Source of the DNA: an uncultured Actinomycetota bacterium
GTDB lineage: Bacteria; Actinomycetota; Actinomycetes; JAFAQI01
Assembly (NCBI GenBank): GCA_963770565.1
Contig: CAVYQE010000002.1
Coordinates: forward strand, 1 to 64,000
Direction: 5' to 3'
DNA: 64,000 nt
In this document: piece by piece, positions 18,235-26,715 of the stretch
How positions within the stretch are numbered: position 1 is the stretch's first letter
Layout of the letters: each line of letters begins with the position of its first letter
The notes under the pieces: generated by a model
What the model saw: the letters and a program-made list of their open reading frames with translations, nothing else
The model's database searches: none
What the model was told of the DNA's origin: nothing
Program-made: the position numbers and the translations under genes

Positions 18235-19287
18235 ATGCAGGTTCTCCTCACCGGCGGCACCGGGTACGTCGGTTCCTACGTCGTGAAGGCACTGCTCGAG
18301 GCCGGTCACGCGCCGCGGCTGCTGGTCCGCAACCGCGACCGGCTGGCCGCGACCGTCGCTGCCATCGGCGTCGATGTCGACGCGCTTGCGATCACCGACG
18401 GCGACATGACCGACGCAGACGCAGTCCACGACGCGGTCGCCGGCATGGACGCGGTCATTCACGCCGCTGCGGTGGTCGCGGCGCTCAATCGCACCGACGC
18501 CGAGCGAACCGTCGACACCAACATCCGCGGCGCCGAGACCGTGATCGACGCGGCGGTCGCGGCCGGCTGCGACCCGGTCGTGCACGTGTCGAGCGTCGCC
18601 GCGGTCTACACCCCGACCGCGCCGCTGATCACCGCCGACCTCGCGCCGGCCGTCACCGCGACCAGCCCCTACATCCGCGCCAAGGCGAAGGCGGAGGAGC
18701 ACGCCCGCGCGCGGCAGGCCGACGGCGCTCCGGTCACGATCGTCTATCCCGGCGGCGTGAGCGGGCCCGCGGCCGGCGACGCGTTCGGCGACGTCGCCGA
18801 GGGATTCGTCTCGATGCTGACCAGCGGAGTGGTGCCCCTGCGCGGCGGCGGCTTCGGCATCATCGACGTCCGCGACCTTGCCGACGTACTCGTCGCGACC
18901 CTGACCCCGGGGATGGGCGCGCGACGGTTCGTCGCCGGCGGCGAGCTGCTCGACATGAACGGCGTCGCCGCGCTTCTTCGGATCGTGACCGGCCGCCGGA
19001 TGCCGGTGATCCCCACGCCGGGGGTGGTCTTCCGCGGAGTCGGGCGGGCGGCCGACCTGCTGCGCAAGGTGGTCTCGTTCGACACCGTCTACACCGCGGA
19101 GGCGATGGACCTGCTCACCCGGGCCCGACCGACCGACGATGCTGCCGTTCACGACCAACTCGGCATCAGATATCGCCCGCCGATCGAGACGGTCGAAGCG
19201 ATGGTTCAGGCGCTGTACGACGGCGGCCGGCTCACCGCCAAGCAGGTCGGGCGGCTCGGCCGCTCATCCGAACGGCTGCCGGCATGA
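18235..19287 (+). CDS. NAD-dependent epimerase/dehydratase (extended SDR)
   Basis: TGGTGYVG, HAAA, VSS, YIRAK. Confidence 0.85.
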   Translation: MQVLLTGGTGYVGSYVVKALLEAGHAPRLLVRNRDRLAATVAAIGVDVDALAITDGDMTDADAVHDAVAGMDAVIHAAAVVAALNRTDAERTVDTNIRGAETVIDAAVAAGCDPVVHVSSVAAVYTPTAPLITADLAPAVTATSPYIRAKAKAEEHARARQADGAPVTIVYPGGVSGPAAGDAFGDVAEGFVSMLTSGVVPLRGGGFGIIDVRDLADVLVATLTPGMGARRFVAGGELLDMNGVAALLRIVTGRRMPVIPTPGVVFRGVGRAADLLRKVVSFDTVYTAEAMDLLTRARPTDDAAVHDQLGIRYRPPIETVEAMVQALYDGGRLTAKQVGRLGRSSERLPA

Positions 19288-19297
19288 TGCTGCCGAC

Positions 19298-20227
19298 ATG
19301 CTGAGGGCGAGACTCGTCTCGCTGGCCGTCGGGGGGACGGTCGCGATGACGGGCGTCGCGACCGCCGCACCGACCTCGGCGCACTACGACTTCCATCGGG
19401 TCCAGGTCCGGCTCAAGTCCGGAAAGGTGCGGGCCGCGACCCAGATCGCGATGGTGACCACGTCCGGCGACACAGTCGGGGCGCTGGCCGGTCCCGGCCC
19501 GAACGTCAGCCGGGCGTTCATCCTCCGACCGGGTGGCGCCACGACCTGGCTGCGCGTCACTGGATTCGCCAACACCCTGATCGATGCGGCCTCCGAGGGT
19601 GGCACCGTCGTCATCACCGTCTACGGCGCGCACCGGGCCACCCGGGTCTACCTCCGCCATCCCAACGCGAAGCTGAAGCGGATCCGCGTCCCCGGCCTCG
19701 ACCCCGCGAGTGTCGTCGTCACCGGCGTCAACGACTCCGGCGACCTGGTCGGATCAGGCTTCACCAAGGGCGGTCAGTCGCGGTCGTTCCTCGAGCGGAG
19801 CGGCCACTACCGGATGTTCGCCGTACCGGTGAAGCGGGCGAGCATGACCTTCGCAGCCGGCATCAATGACGCCGGCGTCATCGTCGGCAGCTACACCGAC
19901 CGGCGCGGCGTCACCCACGGCTTCATCGACCAACACGGCAAGGTGCAGATCGTGCGGCTGCCCGGGGCCGGCACCCACGCCGGCCACGGCTCGGCGGTGC
20001 AGGCGATCTCCGACAGCGGCAGCTGGCTCGGCGTCGCCACCACCGACCGCGCGACGGTCATCGACTACGTGCACGGCACCGGTGGCGGCCTGGTCAAGCT
20101 GCGCTACCCGCAGCCGCACACGACCACGTACGTGACCGCGATCAACAGCCTAGGAGTGGTGGTCGGCACCTTCTACAGCGCTGGGACGAGGTCGTACCAC
20201 GCCTTCGTCGCGACCCCGGCCGCCTGA
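19298..20227 (+). CDS. Secreted protein with HAF-like extracellular repeats
   Basis: Signal-peptide-like N-terminus; repeats GVNDSGDLVG, GINDAGVIVG, AISDSGSWLG, AINSLGVVVG; THGF and YHAF motifs. Confidence 0.65.
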   Translation: MLRARLVSLAVGGTVAMTGVATAAPTSAHYDFHRVQVRLKSGKVRAATQIAMVTTSGDTVGALAGPGPNVSRAFILRPGGATTWLRVTGFANTLIDAASEGGTVVITVYGAHRATRVYLRHPNAKLKRIRVPGLDPASVVVTGVNDSGDLVGSGFTKGGQSRSFLERSGHYRMFAVPVKRASMTFAAGINDAGVIVGSYTDRRGVTHGFIDQHGKVQIVRLPGAGTHAGHGSAVQAISDSGSWLGVATTDRATVIDYVHGTGGGLVKLRYPQPHTTTYVTAINSLGVVVGTFYSAGTRSYHAFVATPAA

Positions 20228-20234
20228 CCCACCA

Positions 20235-20328
20235 CACGCATGGCCCATTGGTGGCGCTATAGCCCCACGCATGGCCCATCGGTGGCGCTATAGCCCCACG
20301 CATGGGCCATCGGTGGAGCGAGAGCCAC
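20235..20328. repeat. 31-bp tandem repeat, 3 units (CACGCATGGCCCATYGGTGGCGCTATAGCCC), REP-like
   Basis: Units start at 20235, 20266 and 20297; third unit degenerate; lies between convergent genes. Confidence 0.85.
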
Positions 20329-20337
20329 TAGGCCGTA

Positions 20338-20925
20338 TCAACGAGTCCAGCGAGCGAGCGCGGCGTCGACCACAGCGGCGAGCCGTCCTTCGGCGTACCG
20401 CTCGGGGTAGAGCAGGGCATGCACGCTCAACCCGTCGATGAGGCCGGCCAGAATCTCGGCGATCATGTCGGGGTCGTCATCGACGAGCTCGCCGGTCTGC
20501 TGCGCGCCGACGATCAGCCCGCGGAGCACCCCCCGCCAGTGGGCGGACTCGGCGCGCTGCACCGCCCGAAGGTCGTCGTTGACGAGTGCCCGGCTCCAGA
20601 AGCTGATCTCGAGGTGCGTCTCACGGGCCTGCTGGGCGTGCATCGGCACCTCGTCGTAGCAGAACGCGCGCAGCGCATCCAGGCCGCTCAGCGGCTCGAG
20701 CTCGCCACCCAGCCGCTTCGTGATGTTGGCGTGCGAGATCCGCAGCGCCTCGAGCAGGATGTCGTCCTTGCGCTCGTAGTAGTGCGACAGCACGCCTGAG
20801 GAGTAGCCGGCCTCCTTGGCGATCTCGCGCGTCGTCGCGCCGTCGATGCCGCTCTCCACGATCACCTTCCAGGCCGCCTCGGCGAGCTCGCGGCGACGCT
20901 GGTCGTGGTCAACGATCTTGGGCAT
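20338..20925 (-). CDS. TetR family regulator (BetI-type C-terminus)
   Basis: MPKIVDHDQRR...ATTREIAKEAGYSSGVLSHYYERKDDIL. Confidence 0.92.
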   Translation of the reverse strand: MPKIVDHDQRRRELAEAAWKVIVESGIDGATTREIAKEAGYSSGVLSHYYERKDDILLEALRISHANITKRLGGELEPLSGLDALRAFCYDEVPMHAQQARETHLEISFWSRALVNDDLRAVQRAESAHWRGVLRGLIVGAQQTGELVDDDPDMIAEILAGLIDGLSVHALLYPERYAEGRLAAVVDAALARWTR

Positions 20926-20958
20926 CTGGACTCTCCGATCCGATCGCCGCGTTCGTCG

Positions 20959-20988
20959 TTGTGTTGTATTCGGACGTCCGTCTATAGT
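20959..20988 (+). promoter_or_regulatory. Putative sigma70 promoter TTGTGT-N18-TATAGT with palindrome CGGACGTCCG (20971-20980) in the spacer
   Basis: Divergent TetR/operon intergenic region; candidate TetR operator. Confidence 0.55.
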
Positions 20989-21041
20989 GCCCACACTTAC
21001 CACGAACACGCGCCGTCGCGCGCGGACGAGGGAGGCTGATC

Positions 21042-21950
21042 ATGGCCACCGCAGTATGCAATGCGGGTCCGATCCCGGCGCGCGGAACGGCAGAGCGCGC
21101 GCAGCTCGTCGACCTGTTGCGGGTCAAGGCGAAACTGTCCCGCCGCGAGACGGTACGGCTGACCAGGATCGCCGGCGCCGGGCACTACACCAGCACCTTC
21201 TCGGCCGCCGAGCTGTTCGCTGCGATCTACTACGCGCGACTGCGCTACTCCCCCAGCGACCCAGACTGGCTCGACCGCGACCGCTTCGTCCTGAGCAAGG
21301 GGCACGCCGCGATCGGGCTGTATCCGCTGCTCGCCGACGTGGGCTTCTTCGACCCGATCGAGCTCGATGACTACACCCGGCTCGGCAGCATGTTCGGCGA
21401 CCATCCGGACATGCGCAAGATCCCGGGCATCGACTTCAGCTCGGGCTCGCTCGGCCACGGCCTCTCGATCGGCCTCGGCATGGCGCTTGCCGCCCGGATC
21501 AGCGGCCGGTCCTACCGGACGTACTGCATGCTCGGCGACGGCGAGCTGGGCGAGGGCCAGGTGTGGGAAGCCGTGATGGCGGCCGGACAGTTCCGGGTCG
21601 GCCGGCTGATCGCGATCATCGACCGCAACCAGCTCTCGATCGACGGCCCGACCGAGGAGCTGATGGGCGTCGAGCCGATCGAGGACAAGTTCGAGGCGTT
21701 CCGCTGGCGGGTCAATCGGATCGACGGTCACGACCTCGACGCGATCCTCGACGAATTCGCCGAGCTCGACGACAACCCCGACGCGCCGCCGCAGCTGATC
21801 GTCGCCGACACCGTCAAGGGTCGCGGCGTACGACGAATGGAGCTGGACAAGAACTGGCACGTCGGCAACCTGGTCGGCGAGGACTACGACGACGTGATGG
21901 CTGAGATCGACGGCGGCCTGCAGCCGCTCCTCGCGGAGGTGGGCAAGTGA
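21042..21950 (+). CDS. Split transketolase, N-terminal ThDP-binding subunit
   Basis: DRFVLSKGHA, GDHPD, GSLGHG, GDGELGEG...DRN, TVKGRG. Confidence 0.92.
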   Translation: MATAVCNAGPIPARGTAERAQLVDLLRVKAKLSRRETVRLTRIAGAGHYTSTFSAAELFAAIYYARLRYSPSDPDWLDRDRFVLSKGHAAIGLYPLLADVGFFDPIELDDYTRLGSMFGDHPDMRKIPGIDFSSGSLGHGLSIGLGMALAARISGRSYRTYCMLGDGELGEGQVWEAVMAAGQFRVGRLIAIIDRNQLSIDGPTEELMGVEPIEDKFEAFRWRVNRIDGHDLDAILDEFAELDDNPDAPPQLIVADTVKGRGVRRMELDKNWHVGNLVGEDYDDVMAEIDGGLQPLLAEVGK

Positions 21951-23005
21951 CCGAGACGACCCAAGGCGCGCGATCGTCGACCGACTCGCAGGAGATCAGC
22001 GAGGTCTTCCGCGGTAGCGCGGACGGATCCACCAAACTCAAGCCGAAGGGGACCGTCAAGGGCATCGAGGCCGCCTCGATCCCGGCCTTCGTGGCCGGCG
22101 AGGAGCTTGCCGACCTTGGCGACCACGACCGGCGGATCGTCGTACTCACCGCCGACCTGGCCGGCGCCAGTCGCACCTCGGACTTCCAGGCCCGCCATCC
22201 GAGCCGGTTCTTCAACCTGGGGATCGCGGAGCAGAACATGATGTCGGTCGCCGCCGGGCTGGCGTCGACCGGGCTCCGGCCGTACGTGAGCACGTTCGCG
22301 GCGTACGCCGGGTTGCTGTGCTGCGAGCAGATCCGCACCGACCTTGCCTACCCGGGGATGCCGGTCGGGATCCTGGCGCACCACTCCGGGATGAGCCTCG
22401 GCTACTACGGCACCAGCCACCACTCGCTCGAAGACCTCAGCGTTACCCGCGCGATCGCCGGGCTGACCGTGGTCAGCGTCGCCGATGCCAACCAGCTCCG
22501 GGCGATCCTGCGGGCGTCGCTGAGCCTGACCGAGCCGATCTACATCCGGCTCGGTCGCGGCCGCGATCCCGAGGTCTATCCCGAGGTGCCGGCCGACTAC
22601 GCCTTCGGGCGGGCGATCCGGCTCAGCGAGGGCAGCGACCTGACCTTGATCACGCACGGCGCCGAGGTGCGGCCGTGCCTCGACGCGGCCGAGGCACTCG
22701 GCCGGGACGGGATCGGGGTCCGGGTCGTCGACATGCACACGATCAGCGACATCGATGCGACCGAGGTCTTCGCCGCCGCGAAGGAGACCGGCGCGATCCT
22801 CACCGTCGAGGAGCACAACATCACCGGCGGGATGGGATCGGCGGTCGCCGAGACACTGCTCGAGGCCGGCGTGATGACCCGGTTCCTGCGAGCCGGTGTC
22901 CCTGACGAGCACGTACTGCTCGGCCCACCAGCCGGTTTGTACGCCCACTACGAGTTGGATGCCGCGGGCGTCGAGGCACGCGCCCGCCGGTTCCTGGCCG
23001 TCTGA
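21947..23005 (+). CDS. Split transketolase, C-terminal subunit
   Basis: GIAEQNM, EQIRTD, GTSHHSLED, YIRLGR, VEEH. Confidence 0.92.
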   Translation: MTETTQGARSSTDSQEISEVFRGSADGSTKLKPKGTVKGIEAASIPAFVAGEELADLGDHDRRIVVLTADLAGASRTSDFQARHPSRFFNLGIAEQNMMSVAAGLASTGLRPYVSTFAAYAGLLCCEQIRTDLAYPGMPVGILAHHSGMSLGYYGTSHHSLEDLSVTRAIAGLTVVSVADANQLRAILRASLSLTEPIYIRLGRGRDPEVYPEVPADYAFGRAIRLSEGSDLTLITHGAEVRPCLDAAEALGRDGIGVRVVDMHTISDIDATEVFAAAKETGAILTVEEHNITGGMGSAVAETLLEAGVMTRFLRAGVPDEHVLLGPPAGLYAHYELDAAGVEARARRFLAV

Positions 23006-23017
23006 AGGAGACCCGCC

Positions 23018-24274
23018 ATGACCGAGCTAGCCAGCCACCAGCGCACCCGTACCAACGACGGGAATCTCCGCACCCGCGCCAAGCGGGTCATCCCCAACGG
23101 CATGACCGGGCACATGAGCGTGGGTGCGCTGCCGACGGAATTCCCGCAGTTCTACGACTCGGGCGAGGGCGCCCGGGTCCGGGACGTCGACGGCAACAGC
23201 TACGTCGACATGATGTGCAGTTTCGGGCCGAACATCCTCGGCTACCGCCACCCGAAGGTCGAGGCGGCGGTCGCCGCCCAGCACGCCCGTGGCAACACGC
23301 TGTCCGGTCCGGGCGAGTGCATGGTCGAGCTGGCCGAGCTCCTCGTCGATCGAGTGGGGCACGCCGACTGGGCGATGTTCGCGAAGAACGGTACGGACGC
23401 GACCAGCCTCTGCCTGAGCATCGCCCGCGCCACCACCGGCCGCTCGGCGGTCGTGACCGGCGCCGGGGCGTACCACGGCTGGGCGGGGTGGAGCAATCTC
23501 AAGCCGGACGGCGTCACCGCCGAGGAGCGCTCGGTCGTGCACACCTATACCTACAACGACCTGTCGAGCGTCGAGCAGGCGATCGACGCGGCCGGTCCGG
23601 AGAACGTGGCCTGCGTGTTCATCTCGCCGTTCCGCCACGACGCCGGACACGACCAGGAGCTGGTGGAACCGGAGTTCGCGAAGGGTGTTCGAGCGCTGTG
23701 CGACGCGCATGGTGCGGCACTGGTGATGGACGAGGTGCGCACCGGCTTCCGGCTGCACCACGGCAGCTCGTGGGAGCCGCTGGGCGTCGAGCCGGACCTG
23801 AGCGCATGGAGCAAGGCGATCGCCAACGGCCAGCCGATCGCCGCGGCGCTGGGCACCGGCGCCTACCGTGACGGCGCGGAACGGATCTTCGCCACCGGCT
23901 CGTTCTGGTACCAGGCGGTGCCGATGGCCGCCGCGATCGCGACCATCCACGCGCTGCGCGACGAGGATGCGATCGGCGCGATGGTGAAGGCCGGCACGCA
24001 GTTCCGCCAGGGCATCGAGGCGCAGTCGCGCGACCACGGGATCGCGGTCAACCAGACCGGCCCGGTGCAGATGCCGAACCTCAGCTTCCCGGGAGATGCC
24101 AACTTCGCCAAGGCGTTCGCGTTCTGCGCGGCGGCGGTCGAGAACGGCACCCTCCTGCACCCGCGGCACAACTGGTTCCTGAGCTCGGCGCACACCGAGG
24201 CCGATATCGATCAGGCGCTGATGGCGACCGATGCCGGCTTCCGTGCAGTGCGCAGCCAGTTCGGCAGCGATTGA
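23018..24274 (+). CDS. Class III PLP aminotransferase, FumI (aminopentol aminotransferase)-like
   Basis: RVIPNGMTGH, LPTEFPQF, HADWAMFAKNGTDATS, PFRHD, DEVRTGFR, WSKAIANG, TGSFW, QTGPVQMP and HPRHNWFLS parallel the recalled Sphingopyxis FumI. Confidence 0.85.
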   Translation: MTELASHQRTRTNDGNLRTRAKRVIPNGMTGHMSVGALPTEFPQFYDSGEGARVRDVDGNSYVDMMCSFGPNILGYRHPKVEAAVAAQHARGNTLSGPGECMVELAELLVDRVGHADWAMFAKNGTDATSLCLSIARATTGRSAVVTGAGAYHGWAGWSNLKPDGVTAEERSVVHTYTYNDLSSVEQAIDAAGPENVACVFISPFRHDAGHDQELVEPEFAKGVRALCDAHGAALVMDEVRTGFRLHHGSSWEPLGVEPDLSAWSKAIANGQPIAAALGTGAYRDGAERIFATGSFWYQAVPMAAAIATIHALRDEDAIGAMVKAGTQFRQGIEAQSRDHGIAVNQTGPVQMPNLSFPGDANFAKAFAFCAAAVENGTLLHPRHNWFLSSAHTEADIDQALMATDAGFRAVRSQFGSD

Positions 24275-24275
24275 G

Positions 24276-25103
24276 ATGAGCGAGCGGTTGAAGGTGCTCG
24301 TCGTCACCGGCGGGCATCCGTTCGAGCTGGAGCCTTACCTCGAGATCTACGCGGCGAACGACGAGATCGACTGGACGCACGTCGAGCCACCCGAGGCGCG
24401 CGAGTGGTTCCACCCGGACCACGTCGGCGAGTGGGACGCGATCGTCTGCTACGACATGCAAGGCATCGAGTTCCGCAAGCCGGAGCCGCCGATCCTGCAC
24501 ACTCCCCCACCGGACTACGCCCATGGGCTCGCGGCAATGCTCGAGCGAGGGCAGGGCATCGTCTTCCTGCACCATGCGATGTCGGCCTGGCCGACCTGGC
24601 CGTTGTGGGCGGACATCGTCGGCGGTCGCTGGCACTACGTGCCCGGCGAGCTGCACGGCGAGCGCTACCCCGCCTCCGGCTACACCCGCGAGGTCAACCA
24701 CCACATCTCGGTGCTCGATCCCGGGCACCCGATCTGCGCCGGGGTCGGTGACGGCTTCGACATCGTCGACGAGATCTACCTCAACCCGGTGTTCGAGGAT
24801 CGCGTCGTACCGCTGCTTCGCACCGACTTCGAGATGACCCCGGAGAACTTCTACTCCGGCGAGCTGGCGATCCTGGGCAGCCTGTACGACCGGACCGGAT
24901 GGACCCACCCGCGCGGCAGTGGGCTGGTCGGCTGGGTCAAGACGGCCGGCAACAGCCCGATCGCCTACCTGCAGTCAGGGCACGGCCCTGCGGCGTACGC
25001 GAACACCTCGTTCCGAACCGTGCTGGCCAATGCGATTCGATGGGTGGCCTCGGACGACGCACACACATGGGCGCGCGGGCGCCCGACCGCTCTGGCGGTC
25101 TGA
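24276..25103 (+). CDS. ThuA-like (class I glutamine amidotransferase-like fold) protein
   Basis: VLVVTGGHPF, GIVFLHHA, HPICAG...DEIY, YLQSGH. Confidence 0.78.
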   Translation: MSERLKVLVVTGGHPFELEPYLEIYAANDEIDWTHVEPPEAREWFHPDHVGEWDAIVCYDMQGIEFRKPEPPILHTPPPDYAHGLAAMLERGQGIVFLHHAMSAWPTWPLWADIVGGRWHYVPGELHGERYPASGYTREVNHHISVLDPGHPICAGVGDGFDIVDEIYLNPVFEDRVVPLLRTDFEMTPENFYSGELAILGSLYDRTGWTHPRGSGLVGWVKTAGNSPIAYLQSGHGPAAYANTSFRTVLANAIRWVASDDAHTWARGRPTALAV

Positions 25104-25123
25104 CCGACCTGAGCAGGAGAAAC

Positions 25124-26071
25124 ATGGAGCTGCCGAGCTACGACGAGCTGCCCGAGGCACCGAAAGGGGGCCGATCGGGCTGGCATGTGTTCGGGGCCGA
25201 CGACCAGGTCGGTCTTATGAACCTGCAGACGCCTGACCGGGTGGCTGCCGCCGCCGCCGAGATCCAGCGCGGCGCGGTCTTCGCCCTGAGCGCCGAGGTC
25301 CGGATGTTCGACCCGCCGCTGTATGGCCGGGTGATGCCGAAGCACCGGCTGATCACCGTGGAGGGCGACACCGGCTTCGACGACGCGCTGGACGACTTCA
25401 ACCCGCAGTCGTCGAGCCAGTGGGACTCCCTCGCCCACGAGGGCTACGGCCGCGACACCTTCTACAACAACGCCACCCGCGACGACATCCTCGCGGGCCG
25501 GCGCAACTCGATCTCGCACTGGGCCAGGCGCGGAATCGTCGGCCGCGCAGTCGTGCTCGACGTGGCCGCGATGATGGGCGACGACTACGACCCGGGTAAG
25601 GCCCGGTCGATCTCGGTCGACGACCTGGAGCGTTGCCGGGCCACGGCCGGCGTTGACTACCGGCCCGGCGACGTGCTCATCCTCCACACCGGCTTCGCGG
25701 CCTGGTATCGCGAGCAGGACGCCGCGCGACGCGAGCTGATGGTCAGCGACAAGACGCTGACCGCGGTCGGCCTCGAGCATTCGGAGGCGATGGCGCGCTA
25801 CCTGTGGGACGCGCACGTATCCGCTGTGGTCGGCGACAACCCGGCGGTCGAGGTGTGGCCGCCGGACTTCAGCCGCGAATCGAGGCCATTCGGCTACATG
25901 CATCGGATCCTCATCGGGCAGTTCGGGATGGGGCTCGGCGAGCTGTGGTGGCTGGACGACCTGGCGCGGGACTGTCGCGAGGACGGCCGCTACACGGCGT
26001 TCTTCTCCAGCGCGCCGCTGCATGTCGAGGGCGGCGTCAGCTCGCCGCCGAACGCGGTGGCGATCAAGTGA
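25124..26071 (+). CDS. Cyclase family (kynurenine-formamidase-like) metal-dependent hydrolase
   Basis: QSSSQWDSLAH, GIVGRAVVLD, GDVLILHTG, GDNPAVE, GELWWLDDL, GGVSSPPNAVAIK. Confidence 0.85.
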   Translation: MELPSYDELPEAPKGGRSGWHVFGADDQVGLMNLQTPDRVAAAAAEIQRGAVFALSAEVRMFDPPLYGRVMPKHRLITVEGDTGFDDALDDFNPQSSSQWDSLAHEGYGRDTFYNNATRDDILAGRRNSISHWARRGIVGRAVVLDVAAMMGDDYDPGKARSISVDDLERCRATAGVDYRPGDVLILHTGFAAWYREQDAARRELMVSDKTLTAVGLEHSEAMARYLWDAHVSAVVGDNPAVEVWPPDFSRESRPFGYMHRILIGQFGMGLGELWWLDDLARDCREDGRYTAFFSSAPLHVEGGVSSPPNAVAIK

Positions 26072-26715
26072 GCGAGATCGACCGCGCGCGCCAGGACCTC
26101 ATCGACTACAGCGGCCGGTTGGTCACCGACGGGCTGTGCATGGGCACGTCCGGCAACATCAGCGTGCGGATCGGCGATCAGGTCTTCATCACCCCGAGCA
26201 GCATCCCGGCCGCCGACATGACGCCCGAGCTGATCGCGGAGACCGATCTCGACGGCCGGGTCGTGGCGGCGTCATCGCGACCCTCGACCGAGCTGCCGTT
26301 CCACACCGCGATCTACAACGGCACAGATGCCGGCGCCGTCGTGCACACGCACTCGATGTATGCGACCGCACTGTCGACGACGATCGACGAGCTGCCGGCG
26401 ATCCACTACATGATCAATCACGTCGGCGGTCCGGTGCGGGTCGTGCCCTACTGCACCTTCGGCACTGAGGAGCTCGCGCAACGAGTGCGGGCGGGCGTCA
26501 AGGACCGGTACGCGACGCTGATCCAGAACCACGGCACGGTGGCGTACGGCGCCACTCTCGCCGAGGCCTACTTCCGGGCCCAGTTATTGGAGTGGCTCTC
26601 CGAGCTGTATTGGCGCGCACTACAGGTCGGCACCCCGCGGATCCTGAGCGAGTCAGAGCTCGCCGAGGTGCGCGAGCAGAACAAGCGGCTGCGCTACGCC
26701 TGGAGCCAGCGATGA
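26068..26715 (+). CDS. Class II aldolase (L-fuculose-1-phosphate aldolase-like)
   Basis: GTSGNIS, ITPS, PSTELPFH, VVHTHS, NHG. Confidence 0.9.
   Translation: MSEIDRARQDLIDYSGRLVTDGLCMGTSGNISVRIGDQVFITPSSIPAADMTPELIAETDLDGRVVAASSRPSTELPFHTAIYNGTDAGAVVHTHSMYATALSTTIDELPAIHYMINHVGGPVRVVPYCTFGTEELAQRVRAGVKDRYATLIQNHGTVAYGATLAEAYFRAQLLEWLSELYWRALQVGTPRILSESELAEVREQNKRLRYAWSQR

Noticed and set aside
16771-19158. 795-aa antisense ORF and many similar Arg/Pro/Gly-rich ORFs in the track
   Set aside because: Shadow ORFs expected in DNA of about 70% GC, lying opposite well-supported genes and lacking family motifs
20235-20328. Possible mini-CRISPR array
   Set aside because: The 31-bp units are directly adjacent with no unique spacers, and there are no cas genes in the window
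21042-23005. Housekeeping pentose-phosphate transketolase or DXS
   Set aside because: Split two-gene form with GTSHH instead of GPTHQ, in a TetR-linked accessory operon without tal/zwf
23018-24274. Annotation as glutamate-1-semialdehyde aminomutase (hemL)
   Set aside because: Lacks the PGGVNSPVR and SGTEA signatures, has no hem gene context, and fits FumI better
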